From a virus, in IMG/VR virus record IMGVR_UViG_2922727739_000003, positions 89,210 to 153,209 of that record: a DNA stretch of 64,000 nt; one strand, given 5' to 3'. Position numbers and translations under genes: made by a program. The notes beneath the pieces were generated by a model. That model did not search any database and was not told the DNA's origin. It saw nothing but the letters and a program-made list of their open reading frames with translations. Numbering within the stretch: the stretch's first letter is position 1; every line of letters starts with the position of its first letter. Positions 27,777 to 38,451 of the stretch are shown piece by piece.

Positions 27777-29519
27777 ATGGCATTCAAAAATTACAGTAAG
27801 AAAAGTAGAAATAAAAACGATGGAAACTCAGACAATTTTGAGAACTCAATGAGTTATGATCCAATAAAGAGAGAATCTATTGATTATGAGAATTGGGAAA
27901 CATACATAGCATATTATCGACATCATATAGATGAGTTTGCAGTAAATGTATTAGGTCTAAAACTCTATCCATTTCAAAGGTTAATACTTAGAGCAATGGC
28001 TAGATATCAATACTCTATGCTGATTTGTTGTCGCGGTATCGGTAAAAGTTGGTTAAGTGCTGTATTTTTTATATGTGCTGCCATTCTGTATCCGGGTATA
28101 AAACTAGGGATAGCTTCAGGTAAAGGACAGCAAGCTAGAAATGTAATAATTCAAAAAATCAAAGGTGAACTAGCAAAGCACGAAGATATTGCAAGAGAAA
28201 TCAACTTCCCGATTAAAACAGGTTCTGACGACTGCGTTGTTAATTTTAAAAATGGCAGTGAAATTCGAGCCATTGTTTTGGGTAATGGACAAAGCGGTGA
28301 TTCTGCTCGTTCATGGCGTTTTCATTATTTGCTTTGTGATGAAGCTAGAATTATCCCCGATGACATTATAGAAACAATTCTGATCCCGATGACTAAAACT
28401 AAACGACCTATCGCTATCACTCACAGTGAGTATGAAAAAGGTAAGGTTATCTTCATTTCATCTGCATATTTAAAAACGTCCAGTCTATACAAAAGATTTA
28501 TGCATCATTATAAAAAAATGGTCAGTGGAGATCCAAACTATTTTGTATGCACTCTCCCCTATCAGGTTGGTGTAGATGCAGGAATATTCGATGAAGATGA
28601 TATTCTTAGCGAACTAGAAAAACCAACGATGAATAAAGAAAAATTTGATTATGAATACAGGGGAGTTTTCGTTGGCTCAAGTGGCGAAAGTTATTATCCT
28701 TATGAATTAACACAAGAAGTAAGAACTTTAGAAAAATGCGAGCTTGAACAACCAAAGAAATCAAAAAGTGAATATATTATTGTCCATGACGTAGCCACAA
28801 GCACAGCATTAGATGCGGATCAGGCTGTAACAACAGTAATTAAACTTAAGCCAAAAGTTAATGGAACATTCACTAAAGAAGTTGTATATATGAAAGCTAA
28901 TAAGGGCCTGACACTACAAAAACAAAGAGATTTTTTAAGGTATTTAGTACATATTAGATTCCCAAACACTATTAAGTTGGTGATTGACTCTAGAGGTAAT
29001 GGTGAAAACTTGCCTCATTTGTTTTATGAAACTTGGGAGTATGTTGACGAAAAAAATGGACAAAGATTTGAGTTTCCCCCACTCATTAAAGATGACGATC
29101 AAGACGCTTTTACACTTAAGAACTCAAATCCTCTCATAAGAGCTGTTACAGCTACAAATCAATACAACAATATTATGTACCCATATATGAAGAGTTGCTT
29201 TGAAGATGGTACGTTGAGACTACTGGTTCCGTCTGAACAAATGGACATTTTGTTTAAAACCGATGCAATGACTGCTGAAGAATTTGCTGTATATATTGAA
29301 ACCGATTTATTGCTACAGGAATTGAGCAATATTAAACAAATGGAAAGTAACGCTAAAAATATTATTTATGAAAGAATCGTAAATACCACGAAAAGAGATA
29401 GAGTTACAAGCTTAGGATATGGACTTCACTTTATTTATGAAATGGAAATGGATAATAAACTTAGAGCAAACCAAAATGACGAGTTTAATTATTTAGATTA
29501 CCTATACATATCGCAATAA
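27777..29519 (+). CDS. Terminase large subunit (YonF-like)
   Basis: LYPFQ, CRGIGKS Walker A, LLCDEAR Walker B, ISSA, C-terminal nuclease HDVA...KRDR. Confidence 0.92.
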   Translation: MAFKNYSKKSRNKNDGNSDNFENSMSYDPIKRESIDYENWETYIAYYRHHIDEFAVNVLGLKLYPFQRLILRAMARYQYSMLICCRGIGKSWLSAVFFICAAILYPGIKLGIASGKGQQARNVIIQKIKGELAKHEDIAREINFPIKTGSDDCVVNFKNGSEIRAIVLGNGQSGDSARSWRFHYLLCDEARIIPDDIIETILIPMTKTKRPIAITHSEYEKGKVIFISSAYLKTSSLYKRFMHHYKKMVSGDPNYFVCTLPYQVGVDAGIFDEDDILSELEKPTMNKEKFDYEYRGVFVGSSGESYYPYELTQEVRTLEKCELEQPKKSKSEYIIVHDVATSTALDADQAVTTVIKLKPKVNGTFTKEVVYMKANKGLTLQKQRDFLRYLVHIRFPNTIKLVIDSRGNGENLPHLFYETWEYVDEKNGQRFEFPPLIKDDDQDAFTLKNSNPLIRAVTATNQYNNIMYPYMKSCFEDGTLRLLVPSEQMDILFKTDAMTAEEFAVYIETDLLLQELSNIKQMESNAKNIIYERIVNTTKRDRVTSLGYGLHFIYEMEMDNKLRANQNDEFNYLDYLYISQ

Positions 29520-29543
29520 ATCTATATAGAAAGGATGTGAACG

Positions 29544-31091
29544 ATGACCAGAAAAAACAACAAGGATACGCCTAATGTAAATACAACTCCACCCAAAATA
29601 GAAAATAGTGAAGACTATGCACTGCAATTTGCAAAAGCTCTCTCCAGTAGTTATCAAAGTGGTTCGCTATTTAGTCCACTATGGCAAAATGAATTGCTGA
29701 AATCCTTGAACATGTCACCTACTACATTTGACCGAAAAAAGATTGAAGAAATGATTAAAAACCCAAAAGCAAATGAAGATGCCTTGAAGGATTTAAGTCA
29801 GTATCTTTTTAATGTAGTAATGCAGTTTAATCGATTGGTTAACTACTATTCTACTATACCTACTTTTGACTCATTTATAGTTGCAACTAATGCCGACGAA
29901 GAAGATATGAAATCTACAGCTTTTAAAAAATCCAGACGTAAAGCAGTAGATATCGTAGAAAAACTATCACCCAAGTCAACCTTTCCAAATATTTTAAAAG
30001 GTGTGATCTTGGAAGATGCCAAATTCTATTATGTTCGTGAGTTTGGCGATTCAGTTGCTTTGCAAGAGATGCCATCAAAATACTGTAAGATCATCAATAA
30101 AACCGAATACGGATATCAATATGCTTTTAACATGTATTACTTTTTACAACCAGGAGCGAATATAAACGATTTCGCTCCTGAATTCAGTGAATATTATAGT
30201 GACTTTACTAATGCGAAGGGCAGTAAAGATCGTTATTTCTATTGGCAGCCCCTAGATCCTATAAAAGCTCCAGTGTTTAAATTTGATGAAACAAGAGCAG
30301 GACTAACCCCTCCTTTAATGGGGTTGTTTTTAGATAGTGCCGAAATAGAACATTACAAAAGTTTACTGAAAACAAAAACCGAGCTTGAAACTTGGAAGAT
30401 AATTGTTGGGCAAATTCCAATGAAGAGTGATACCAAAGGAGCTTCGGTAGCTAATAACTTTGCTATTGATCCTAACGTTGCAGGTCAGTATACTGCTATC
30501 CTCCAAGCTGGCGTTCCGAATGGAGTAAAAGTTGCCACAACCCCGTTTGAGTTAAAAACGGTAGATTTTAATCAATCACAAACTCAAAATAACATAGTTG
30601 GTTTTAGTCAGGATAATTTTTATCAAGCTGCTGGTTCTACTCCTATATTATTTGGTTCGGGGACTGTTAATGCTTCTGGTTTACAGGCATCAATCAAAGT
30701 AGATGAGGGCTACGTGGTACATATGTATCGTCAGTTTGAACGTTTTATCAACAGTTATCTAAAAAGCAAAACAGGAAAGTATCGTCATAAAGTTGTTTTC
30801 CCAGATATAACGGTGTTTAATTGGAACGAAAAGCTGGAGGCATATCTTAAAGCTGCACAATTTGGATACTCTAAAACATTAGTTTCAGTTGCAATGGGAA
30901 TCAACCCTGACGATATGCAGAGTCTATTAGCTTATGAAAACAGTATTAGCCTTGTTGAAAAATACCTCGTTCCCCTTTCCAGTTCCCATGTGCAGAACGG
31001 TAATAAGGATGGCGGTCGCCCAAAAGTATCTGATAAAGATCTTAGTGATGATGGTGCAAAGACAAGAGATTTAGATTTGAATAATCGTTAG
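29544..31091 (+). CDS. Portal protein (YonE-like)
   Basis: Position after terminase; C-terminal PLSSSH...GGRP. Confidence 0.82.
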   Translation: MTRKNNKDTPNVNTTPPKIENSEDYALQFAKALSSSYQSGSLFSPLWQNELLKSLNMSPTTFDRKKIEEMIKNPKANEDALKDLSQYLFNVVMQFNRLVNYYSTIPTFDSFIVATNADEEDMKSTAFKKSRRKAVDIVEKLSPKSTFPNILKGVILEDAKFYYVREFGDSVALQEMPSKYCKIINKTEYGYQYAFNMYYFLQPGANINDFAPEFSEYYSDFTNAKGSKDRYFYWQPLDPIKAPVFKFDETRAGLTPPLMGLFLDSAEIEHYKSLLKTKTELETWKIIVGQIPMKSDTKGASVANNFAIDPNVAGQYTAILQAGVPNGVKVATTPFELKTVDFNQSQTQNNIVGFSQDNFYQAAGSTPILFGSGTVNASGLQASIKVDEGYVVHMYRQFERFINSYLKSKTGKYRHKVVFPDITVFNWNEKLEAYLKAAQFGYSKTLVSVAMGINPDDMQSLLAYENSISLVEKYLVPLSSSHVQNGNKDGGRPKVSDKDLSDDGAKTRDLDLNNR

Positions 31092-31105
31092 ACTCTTTTG
31101 AGGAG

Positions 31106-32626
31106 GTGATAATTATAAAAAACAAGGATAAAAAAGCTACTCTTTTCGTCGAGAATTACGAAATCGAACCTCTTAACGATTCTAGATTTTCAAGACTTAG
31201 AATGTGGGTATCTCATGATGGTTTAAACAACAATAAAAGTAACATCGATTTTGATGTTCTAAAAAATGCTGAGTCATCTGTCGTTAATATTCCTATTTTA
31301 GCCCATATAGAAGGCGATGATTTTGGTGAGCATGAAATGGAATATGACGAAGATGAAGATAAAATTACTTATATTGAAAAGCCTATCGGTGTAATTTCTG
31401 CCGTTAATAACAACTATCATTATGAAGAAATTGATGGGAGAAATTATGCAGTTGTAGATGGATACATATGGAATGTCTATGCACAAGATGAGATGAATAT
31501 CATCAACAACCAAGAAGAAACTAAGCTGTCAATCGAAATTGTAATTGATGAATCTGAGTACAACAAAGAAACAAAAATATTGAATATCAAATCATTTAGG
31601 TATACTGGTGTTACTTTATTGGGCAATAAATACGGCACTGGTATGATTAATGCTCACGCAAAAATCGAGCATTTTTCCTTAGATGATGACTTTACCAAAA
31701 AAATGAAAGAGTTAGATTCATTTCTACATCATTTTACTGAAGCTAATACACAAACAAAGGACAGTAAGGAGGATAATGTTCAATTGCAAAAAAACAAAAA
31801 AGAAATTGCAGCCCTTTTCAAATTGACTACTAATCAATTGTACGAAGAGATTGATAACGCCCTTAGTAAACAAAAATACATAGGTACTAATTGGTATGGA
31901 GAGTCAGTAGAAAGATGCTCTTATTACCTTAGTGACTTTGATGAAAATTACATCTATCTTTGTGATGTCCAAGACGGATACAAGTATAAGAAAGCATCTT
32001 ACAGTATGCAAGGAGATAATGTTGTAATTGATTTCGACACACTAACGAGAATTAAATATTCTCCTGTAGATTGGGTAGATGGTGATGAAGCCGATGATGC
32101 GATCAACACTTTTAAATCCACTATTGATTCAATTAGCAACGAAGCAACAGAAGCCTTAAACAAGGAAAAAAACGTGAAAGAAACCCTGGTGGCTGAGTTT
32201 ACTGAAAAAATCGAGAGTAAAGATGAAGCCATTCTATCTTTGAATCAAACATTGACGGAAATCAAGGAGAAATTCACTGAATTTGAGTCTCAAATTACAA
32301 ATAAAGACGAGAAAATTACTGAACTTCAAGAAGAAATTTCAAAATTTAAAGAAGCTGAAGATGCAGAAAGAATGGATGAGCTATTTAATTCTTACCCTAC
32401 TCTTCTCACCGAAGATGAAAAAACTAAGTTTACGGAAAAGCGTTCTGCATTTGCTACTTTTTCCGAATTTGAAAAGGAAGTTAAATCTTACGTATGTGAT
32501 CGTATTATCGAAACTACCAAATCGAAGAACTTTAACTTTATTTCAATGGGTCTTCCAGATGAGAACGAAGGAAGTAAAGATACCCCTAAAACAGTATGGG
32601 ATAGACTTTCTCAACAAAACAATTAA
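31106..32626 (+). CDS. Prohead protease/scaffold (YonD-like)
   Basis: N-terminal HDGLN...NIPI...LSIEI protease-like domain; acidic coiled-coil C-terminus. Confidence 0.75.
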   Translation: MIIIKNKDKKATLFVENYEIEPLNDSRFSRLRMWVSHDGLNNNKSNIDFDVLKNAESSVVNIPILAHIEGDDFGEHEMEYDEDEDKITYIEKPIGVISAVNNNYHYEEIDGRNYAVVDGYIWNVYAQDEMNIINNQEETKLSIEIVIDESEYNKETKILNIKSFRYTGVTLLGNKYGTGMINAHAKIEHFSLDDDFTKKMKELDSFLHHFTEANTQTKDSKEDNVQLQKNKKEIAALFKLTTNQLYEEIDNALSKQKYIGTNWYGESVERCSYYLSDFDENYIYLCDVQDGYKYKKASYSMQGDNVVIDFDTLTRIKYSPVDWVDGDEADDAINTFKSTIDSISNEATEALNKEKNVKETLVAEFTEKIESKDEAILSLNQTLTEIKEKFTEFESQITNKDEKITELQEEISKFKEAEDAERMDELFNSYPTLLTEDEKTKFTEKRSAFATFSEFEKEVKSYVCDRIIETTKSKNFNFISMGLPDENEGSKDTPKTVWDRLSQQNN

Positions 32627-32644
32627 TAGGAGGAAATATATTTA

Positions 32645-33151
32645 ATGAGTACAATTGTAAATCTTAATCTGATGGCTGGTACTAAAGTAGACAGCTTTAT
32701 TCAGTCTGTTCAATTGCCTGAGGCGGTTGATAACGGTAGCTTTGTAGTTCTAAAAGGAGTGCTGGCTGGAAACCCAGAAGTTCGTATTGCTGCAACTCCA
32801 ACTGATGTAGCTGCTCAAGAAGTGCTGTTGGTTGCAAGCCCAGAGATTCCAGAGGTCAATGGCTTCCGAATTGACGTAAGTGACCCTGCTCTATTCACCA
32901 ATAAAGCTAATACCCCTGCTCGTGCATTTCGCCTTAAAAATGGTGACACATTCACTATCACGGATGACGGCATCGATGGCGCAACAGTTGTGGATCAATT
33001 CGTTATTCCACAGGATGGTAAATATAAAGGCATTGCTAGCGCAACCCTTGGAACAACTAAAGTAGCGCTGTTGGTTCTTGAAAAAACAACTATTTCCGTT
33101 GGGCGCTCTCGTGTTCCAGCAACTAAACTACAAGTAATTAAAGAAGCCTAA
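32645..33151 (+). CDS. Head decoration/structural protein (YonC-like)
   Basis: Position before the capsid gene; DNG...ARAFRL...GD. Confidence 0.65.
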   Translation: MSTIVNLNLMAGTKVDSFIQSVQLPEAVDNGSFVVLKGVLAGNPEVRIAATPTDVAAQEVLLVASPEIPEVNGFRIDVSDPALFTNKANTPARAFRLKNGDTFTITDDGIDGATVVDQFVIPQDGKYKGIASATLGTTKVALLVLEKTTISVGRSRVPATKLQVIKEA

Positions 33152-33180
33152 TACATAATAATCGGAGGAACTAATTTAGT

Positions 33181-34290
33181 ATGAAAAACTATGGTAGCCT
33201 TAAGTTTTTTAATATGTCGCAAAATGAAAAAGATGTTGTACAAGCTGGTGTAGAAGCTTGGTACCACTATTGTTATCAAAACCGCAACAAAGATGGTCGT
33301 TTTAATAAGTATGCTCAATATGCGAATGATGGCGTAACCCTTGATGCAAAACAAGAACTGTTCACCAAAGGCTTGAAAAAAGAAGCTTACCGTCTAGCAG
33401 GCATTCCGTCTGATACCAATTTTACTGAAGGTATGATGGCTTCTAACCCTAATATCCAGTGGGCAACATTTGCTCTGGTAGCTCAAACTTTGGATATCGT
33501 AATCCCTGAAACAGTTTTGGATAGTTTTTACCAGTTCGCAGAAGTTAAAAATGTAAACTGGGGCGATCAACTGGTGTTTCACGTAGATAGTCCAGACTTG
33601 TTTGTCGTGAGTACTAAAGCTAATGGTCAACGAGGTAATCAACGGCAACGTTTGTTCGGAAAAGACGTGACCCTCACCGCCCAACGCCGTACTGTAGAAA
33701 TTTATGAAGAGTTGTATCGTGTACTTGCAGGTAAAACAAATTGGGGCGCATGGGTTGCTCGTGTAGCACAAGCAATCGAAACAGATATTACTACTCGAAT
33801 TTACTCTGCTATTTACGATTCTTTTAATACTTTGGGCGCAAATTTCAAAGAAAACGCAGCATTTACTTCAACTGCCTTTAATAATCTAGTCCAACGTGTT
33901 TCCGCAGCAAATAATACGGATAAGAGTGTAGTCTTTGGCACTAAGACTGCCCTTGCCCGTATTCTACCTGAGAACCAATACCTTCAATTTGGTCTTGGAC
34001 AAGAGTTTAATAAAAATGGACATTTGGGTAATTTCCAAGGCACAGAGCTTTTTGAAATTGGGCAACGTTTGAAACCAAATAGTGATGATTTTGCTATTGA
34101 TGGTGATTTCGCTATTGTACTTTCTTCTGGTTCTGATAAGTTGGTCAAGATTGGATTCGAAGGAAACACAGTGATTACACAAACGAAACCAGAAGATAAT
34201 GCAGATCAAACTACAGGCTATTCTGTTTCACAACACTACGATGTTCAATTAATTACAGCAGCAGCTTACGGTTTGTATAAATTTGCATAA
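33181..34290 (+). CDS. Major capsid protein (YonB-like)
   Basis: Size, position, QFAEVKNVNWGD motif, following terminator. Confidence 0.8.
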   Translation: MKNYGSLKFFNMSQNEKDVVQAGVEAWYHYCYQNRNKDGRFNKYAQYANDGVTLDAKQELFTKGLKKEAYRLAGIPSDTNFTEGMMASNPNIQWATFALVAQTLDIVIPETVLDSFYQFAEVKNVNWGDQLVFHVDSPDLFVVSTKANGQRGNQRQRLFGKDVTLTAQRRTVEIYEELYRVLAGKTNWGAWVARVAQAIETDITTRIYSAIYDSFNTLGANFKENAAFTSTAFNNLVQRVSAANNTDKSVVFGTKTALARILPENQYLQFGLGQEFNKNGHLGNFQGTELFEIGQRLKPNSDDFAIDGDFAIVLSSGSDKLVKIGFEGNTVITQTKPEDNADQTTGYSVSQHYDVQLITAAAYGLYKFA

Positions 34291-34312
34291 TATTACTGGT
34301 CGGTAAGTGTTA
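34278..34312 (+). terminator. Intrinsic terminator after the capsid gene (approximate coordinates, ~34298-34331)
   Basis: ggtcggtaag/cttactgacc hairpin + T-tract just downstream of the capsid stop. Confidence 0.5.
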
Positions 34313-34358
34313 AGCTTACTGACCTTCTTTTAATTCAAACAATAGGGAGGTATAGAGA

Positions 34359-35057
34359 ATGGCGGCAACACGAAAAATGGAGTCAGCTAATAATACAGAT
34401 ACAATGGATAATCCTAGTAACGAACCTGTTCAAAAAACTGAAAAAGAAAAAGCGTTAGAAGATCAAGTTGCTGAACTCACAGCCCTAGTTAAAGGTTTGC
34501 TAGAGAAAAATAAAGAACTCGAAACCACTCATGAGGAGCTTAAAACAGAAACCAGAAAGGTAAATTCACTGTTTGAGTCTGTTGAAGATAAATTAGATAT
34601 TGATCCTCGCGAATACATCAGGGTGATTTCTTTAACTAATGGTGGACTGAATCTAACGGCTACTAATTCTACTATTAGATTTAATGATTTTGGAACATCG
34701 AAGCTGATTACCTTTGAAGATGTACGAGCAATTGTAGACAACCATACTAAGTTCGCTCATGAAGGAGCATTTCTCATCCAAAACGAGAAAGCAGTAAAAG
34801 CTCTATATCTAGAAGATGTGTATCAAAATTTTATCAGTCGTGAAGCAATCGACAATATTATCTCCTTGGACATCAACGAAATCACCGACACTTTAAATTC
34901 TGTCTCCTCCACTCTACGTGAGAACATAGTGGAGCGAATTGTAGTTGGTGTTGCAAGCAATGATAGAAAATTTCAGGATAGATATAAAATTGATGCAATT
35001 GGTAAGCTGGTAAATCAGGACTTGTATGAGTTAGCAAAAGTTAAAAATAACGTTTAA
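34359..35057 (+). CDS. YonA-like virion/assembly protein
   Basis: Synteny; coiled-coil N-terminus. Confidence 0.6.
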   Translation: MAATRKMESANNTDTMDNPSNEPVQKTEKEKALEDQVAELTALVKGLLEKNKELETTHEELKTETRKVNSLFESVEDKLDIDPREYIRVISLTNGGLNLTATNSTIRFNDFGTSKLITFEDVRAIVDNHTKFAHEGAFLIQNEKAVKALYLEDVYQNFISREAIDNIISLDINEITDTLNSVSSTLRENIVERIVVGVASNDRKFQDRYKIDAIGKLVNQDLYELAKVKNNV

Positions 35058-35062
35058 GGGGA

Positions 35063-35497
35063 TTGGTTTTTATGACCCCATATTCAAAAATTTTCGAGAG
35101 GTTTCAAAGTAAAATTCAGGATTATACAATCGATGAAATGTTTCTAAACTCGATTGAAGATTATGAATTTTATCTTACGGGATTTCTTAAATCAGGCTTG
35201 GTTAAGTTCAATTACTGTAAAAACGATCTGTCTGACAGAGACGAGGAAAACAGAAGCTTTACTGCCGATTTAACGGAGTTAGAACAAGAAATACTCTCAC
35301 AGCTAATGCTTGGCGAATGGTTTGAAAAAGAGGTAAATAATATTCTTGATATGAGATTGGCGATTTCTTCATCTGCCTGGAAAAGGTATAGCGAATCTCA
35401 GAACTTTAAAGAAAAAGCTGTATTACGTGATAAAGCTATTGAACGTGCTGATTCGTTAATGATGCAATACTATTTGAAAAATATGAGCGTGAATTAG
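35063..35497 (+). CDS. Head-tail adaptor (YomZ-like)
   Basis: MTPYSKIFERFQSKIQDY...LTELEQEILSQLM; synteny. Confidence 0.65.
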   Translation: MVFMTPYSKIFERFQSKIQDYTIDEMFLNSIEDYEFYLTGFLKSGLVKFNYCKNDLSDRDEENRSFTADLTELEQEILSQLMLGEWFEKEVNNILDMRLAISSSAWKRYSESQNFKEKAVLRDKAIERADSLMMQYYLKNMSVN

Positions 35498-35498
35498 T

Positions 35499-36695
35499 AT
35501 GAGTTACAAGGCATACAAGTCATATCTGTCTAACTGTAAAACAACTGTTAGAGACAGAAATATTGCCCACACAAAGCAAGTTATGAATTCAACTTTCTCG
35601 CAATCTCCTAGTTATTATCAAGTGAGTATCAATGGAGACGATAATCAAGAAGTTTGGATTACTGATGATGGAGATATTCGTGAACAAAAGAATATTGTTG
35701 CAATGAATCATCCGTTAAAAATGGGTGATTTGGTTGTATGGAAAGATAGGACTTGGCTATGTAATCATGTTGATGATATGGAATTATATCATCGTGGCGT
35801 GATTCTAATTTGTTACTCAACTCTTAAATGGTTAGACGATCAAGGAGAAATTAAAGAAGCTCCCTTCTCCTTTAAATCTGATACATCATCTAATTTTGGC
35901 ATCCAAGAAGGAAGAATCCTGATGATGCCTAATGAAAGACGACAAATAACAATCCAAAAGAATAATGAGACCGAAAGAATTAAGAAAAATAGGCGGTTTA
36001 TTATTGATGGACGTGCTTGGAAGACTGTGGGGATTAATCGTTTAATTGACGGCTTGATAAATTTTACATTAGAAGAGCAAGATTTGATCCCAGCTGACAA
36101 TTTAGAACTTGAGATTGCTGATTACAATGGTAACATCGCTGACTACCAACTAAAGGTTTTGAATGTTAAGGATATTGTGGCTATAGAAGAAAATCAGACT
36201 CTTCAGTTGAACATTGAGTTAACCAATAATTCAAAGGTAATAGAGGTTGATGATCAAATTACATATTCTGTGGCTGATGAAAATATCTTATCAGTCTCTC
36301 CTACTGGCTTAGTCACCCCTTTAAAAAAAGGAACAAGTAAAATAACCATTTCATTCAGAAATATTTCTCAAACTATTCAAGTTAATGTTACGTCCTCTAC
36401 TACAAATAATTACACTGCCCACATTACAGGCGACGAATTCATTAAATACAATATGACCAAATCCTTCACTTGTTCGTTTAAGGACAATGGAATTGATCGA
36501 CAAGAAAAGGCTCGTTTTTGGTTGACCGAGACTGATGGTTTAACACCCACCATTTTAGCCATCGTAGTCGAACAAGATGGACAAGTCTGTAAAATTAAAG
36601 CTAACAATAAGAAAGGAAGAGTCATTTTACATGTTGAAAACTCTACCAGCTTAGCTTATACAAAAAAAGAAATTGAAATTAGATCATTACTATAA
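35499..36695 (+). CDS. Head-closure-like protein with C-terminal Ig-like (Big_2) domain
   Basis: ITYSVADENILSVSPTGLVTPLKKGTSKITIS Ig-like motif. Confidence 0.65.
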   Translation: MSYKAYKSYLSNCKTTVRDRNIAHTKQVMNSTFSQSPSYYQVSINGDDNQEVWITDDGDIREQKNIVAMNHPLKMGDLVVWKDRTWLCNHVDDMELYHRGVILICYSTLKWLDDQGEIKEAPFSFKSDTSSNFGIQEGRILMMPNERRQITIQKNNETERIKKNRRFIIDGRAWKTVGINRLIDGLINFTLEEQDLIPADNLELEIADYNGNIADYQLKVLNVKDIVAIEENQTLQLNIELTNNSKVIEVDDQITYSVADENILSVSPTGLVTPLKKGTSKITISFRNISQTIQVNVTSSTTNNYTAHITGDEFIKYNMTKSFTCSFKDNGIDRQEKARFWLTETDGLTPTILAIVVEQDGQVCKIKANNKKGRVILHVENSTSLAYTKKEIEIRSLL

Positions 36696-36706
36696 GGAGT
36701 GTATCC

Positions 36707-37216
36707 ATGCAAGCCATCATCCGTTTTGGAGAACTTAAGCTTGAGCAATTTATTCAAGGAGCTACAAATAATTGGCTTATCTTCTCTCCCCTTCCCTACT
36801 CTATGCAGCACTCATCTGGGATTGATAACTCTGTAATTATTAGTGCTACACCTACAGTAGAAATTATTGATGCTGATCTAGACGTAGCTATTAGTCCACA
36901 ATATAAATATGCTTATTCAATTGCTACAGATAATAAACTTAAATTGGCATTCTCCAAGGAAACGCATTCAGACAAAGGATCTGCACTTGAAGCTCTAAAA
37001 TGCATTGCTCTTACATATGAACTTGGTAATCTACAACCTAATGGTAATTATTATAAGGTTAAGGTTCGTAATAGTCTTGGTGAGGAAATTCACCGAACTA
37101 CTCCACTTACTCTGGATCAGGTAGATAAGGTCGTCGCTACATTTGATGATACAAGGGATATGAACACTAGTGGTTTTCTGGAATATGTACTGACCAGAGA
37201 TTTTATTGTGAACTAA
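36707..37216 (+). CDS. Hypothetical structural protein
   Basis: AAGGAG RBS; within the neck module. Confidence 0.65.
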   Translation: MQAIIRFGELKLEQFIQGATNNWLIFSPLPYSMQHSSGIDNSVIISATPTVEIIDADLDVAISPQYKYAYSIATDNKLKLAFSKETHSDKGSALEALKCIALTYELGNLQPNGNYYKVKVRNSLGEEIHRTTPLTLDQVDKVVATFDDTRDMNTSGFLEYVLTRDFIVN

Positions 37217-37217
37217 C

Positions 37218-37691
37218 ATGTCTCGACTTGAGGAGTTAGGTAAAAATCGCATGATCGTACTGAACCATATATTGAGTTCTCAAAAACTTTGTAAGTCAGT
37301 TTGGTACGAACAAAGCAATTATTTAGATCAACCAGATATCGAAGATACCTCAGAGCTAATAAATAATAATATATTCCCTTTTAATCACGTTCCCAAATTG
37401 GCTGATACAGCTTCCTCTTATGTGACATTTTCTTTTAGAGATTACAAACCTGTTGGTTCTCAGTTCAAGTCGGGTTTGCTGCATTTTCAAGTTTTAGTGC
37501 ATAAGGATTTAATTCTTACTGAGTATGAGGTATTAAGATATGACCATATTTTAGCCTCCATTGATGAATTGTTTAATGAGAATACAAATCTTGGTATTGG
37601 AAAACTAGAGTTTTATCGCATGGATGAAATGTTTGTAAACGAAAAGTACATAGGATTTTATATACAGTACAAACTTTGGGATTTTAATTGA
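37218..37691 (+). CDS. Tail terminator-like protein (YomW-like)
   Basis: NIFPFNHVP...RYDHI...IDELFN...GIGKL; synteny. Confidence 0.6.
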   Translation: MSRLEELGKNRMIVLNHILSSQKLCKSVWYEQSNYLDQPDIEDTSELINNNIFPFNHVPKLADTASSYVTFSFRDYKPVGSQFKSGLLHFQVLVHKDLILTEYEVLRYDHILASIDELFNENTNLGIGKLEFYRMDEMFVNEKYIGFYIQYKLWDFN

Positions 37692-37700
37692 GGTGATTAT

Positions 37701-38426
37701 TTGGTTATTGATCGCCTACAAGCATTTCTGGGTTTACCCCATACAACAAAAGAGGGAATATCCCTATACTCTCCCACAGTTCGTGAAATCGGTGAAATCG
37801 GATATTTAAATTATTTAGTTAATTTAGCTTTGGTGGGGTTTGATAAAGAGAAAATTCTAGTGGGGTTATTTGGGTTAGATAATGACAGTTTTTCGAAAAT
37901 AAAGAATGAGTCTGATTATGATGTACTAATTGAAGTTCCGTCTATTAGAAATGAAGTATGTAAAGCTCTCTCCTTTTTTGTTAAAGGTCACATAAGCTTC
38001 AATATCGAAGCATCTTGTTTTCTTTTAGATGGGAAAGAGTTTATAAATAAAAACAATTATAGAGAAGTTGATTTAATTATAAAAGAATTAAATGTATCTT
38101 CAGACTCCCAAGACAAAATGGAAGCAGCAAATAGTACAGCAGAAGAGTTTTATAAAAAAATGCAAATGTTCGAAGCTCAAATAAACAACAATAACACGGA
38201 AAGTCAGCTAGAATTCAAAGATATTTTATCTATACTCTGCAATTTCGAAGGAAATGGAATCAATATTTTTAATGTTGGCTCACTCACGGTGTATCAAGTT
38301 TATGAGCATTTTGAAAGAGTGAATAAGAAAGAAAATTACAACAGACTCTTACCAGTATGGTCTAACGAAAAAATCCTACCTGAAGACAACACTATCCCTG
38401 AGTGGATGGAGAAAACAAAATTATAG
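37701..38426 (+). CDS. YomV-like protein
   Basis: SPTVREIGEIG, NIFNVGSLTVYQ; synteny. Confidence 0.6.
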   Translation: MVIDRLQAFLGLPHTTKEGISLYSPTVREIGEIGYLNYLVNLALVGFDKEKILVGLFGLDNDSFSKIKNESDYDVLIEVPSIRNEVCKALSFFVKGHISFNIEASCFLLDGKEFINKNNYREVDLIIKELNVSSDSQDKMEAANSTAEEFYKKMQMFEAQINNNNTESQLEFKDILSILCNFEGNGINIFNVGSLTVYQVYEHFERVNKKENYNRLLPVWSNEKILPEDNTIPEWMEKTKL

Positions 38427-38451
38427 TATAAATTAGGAGGAACTATCCTTT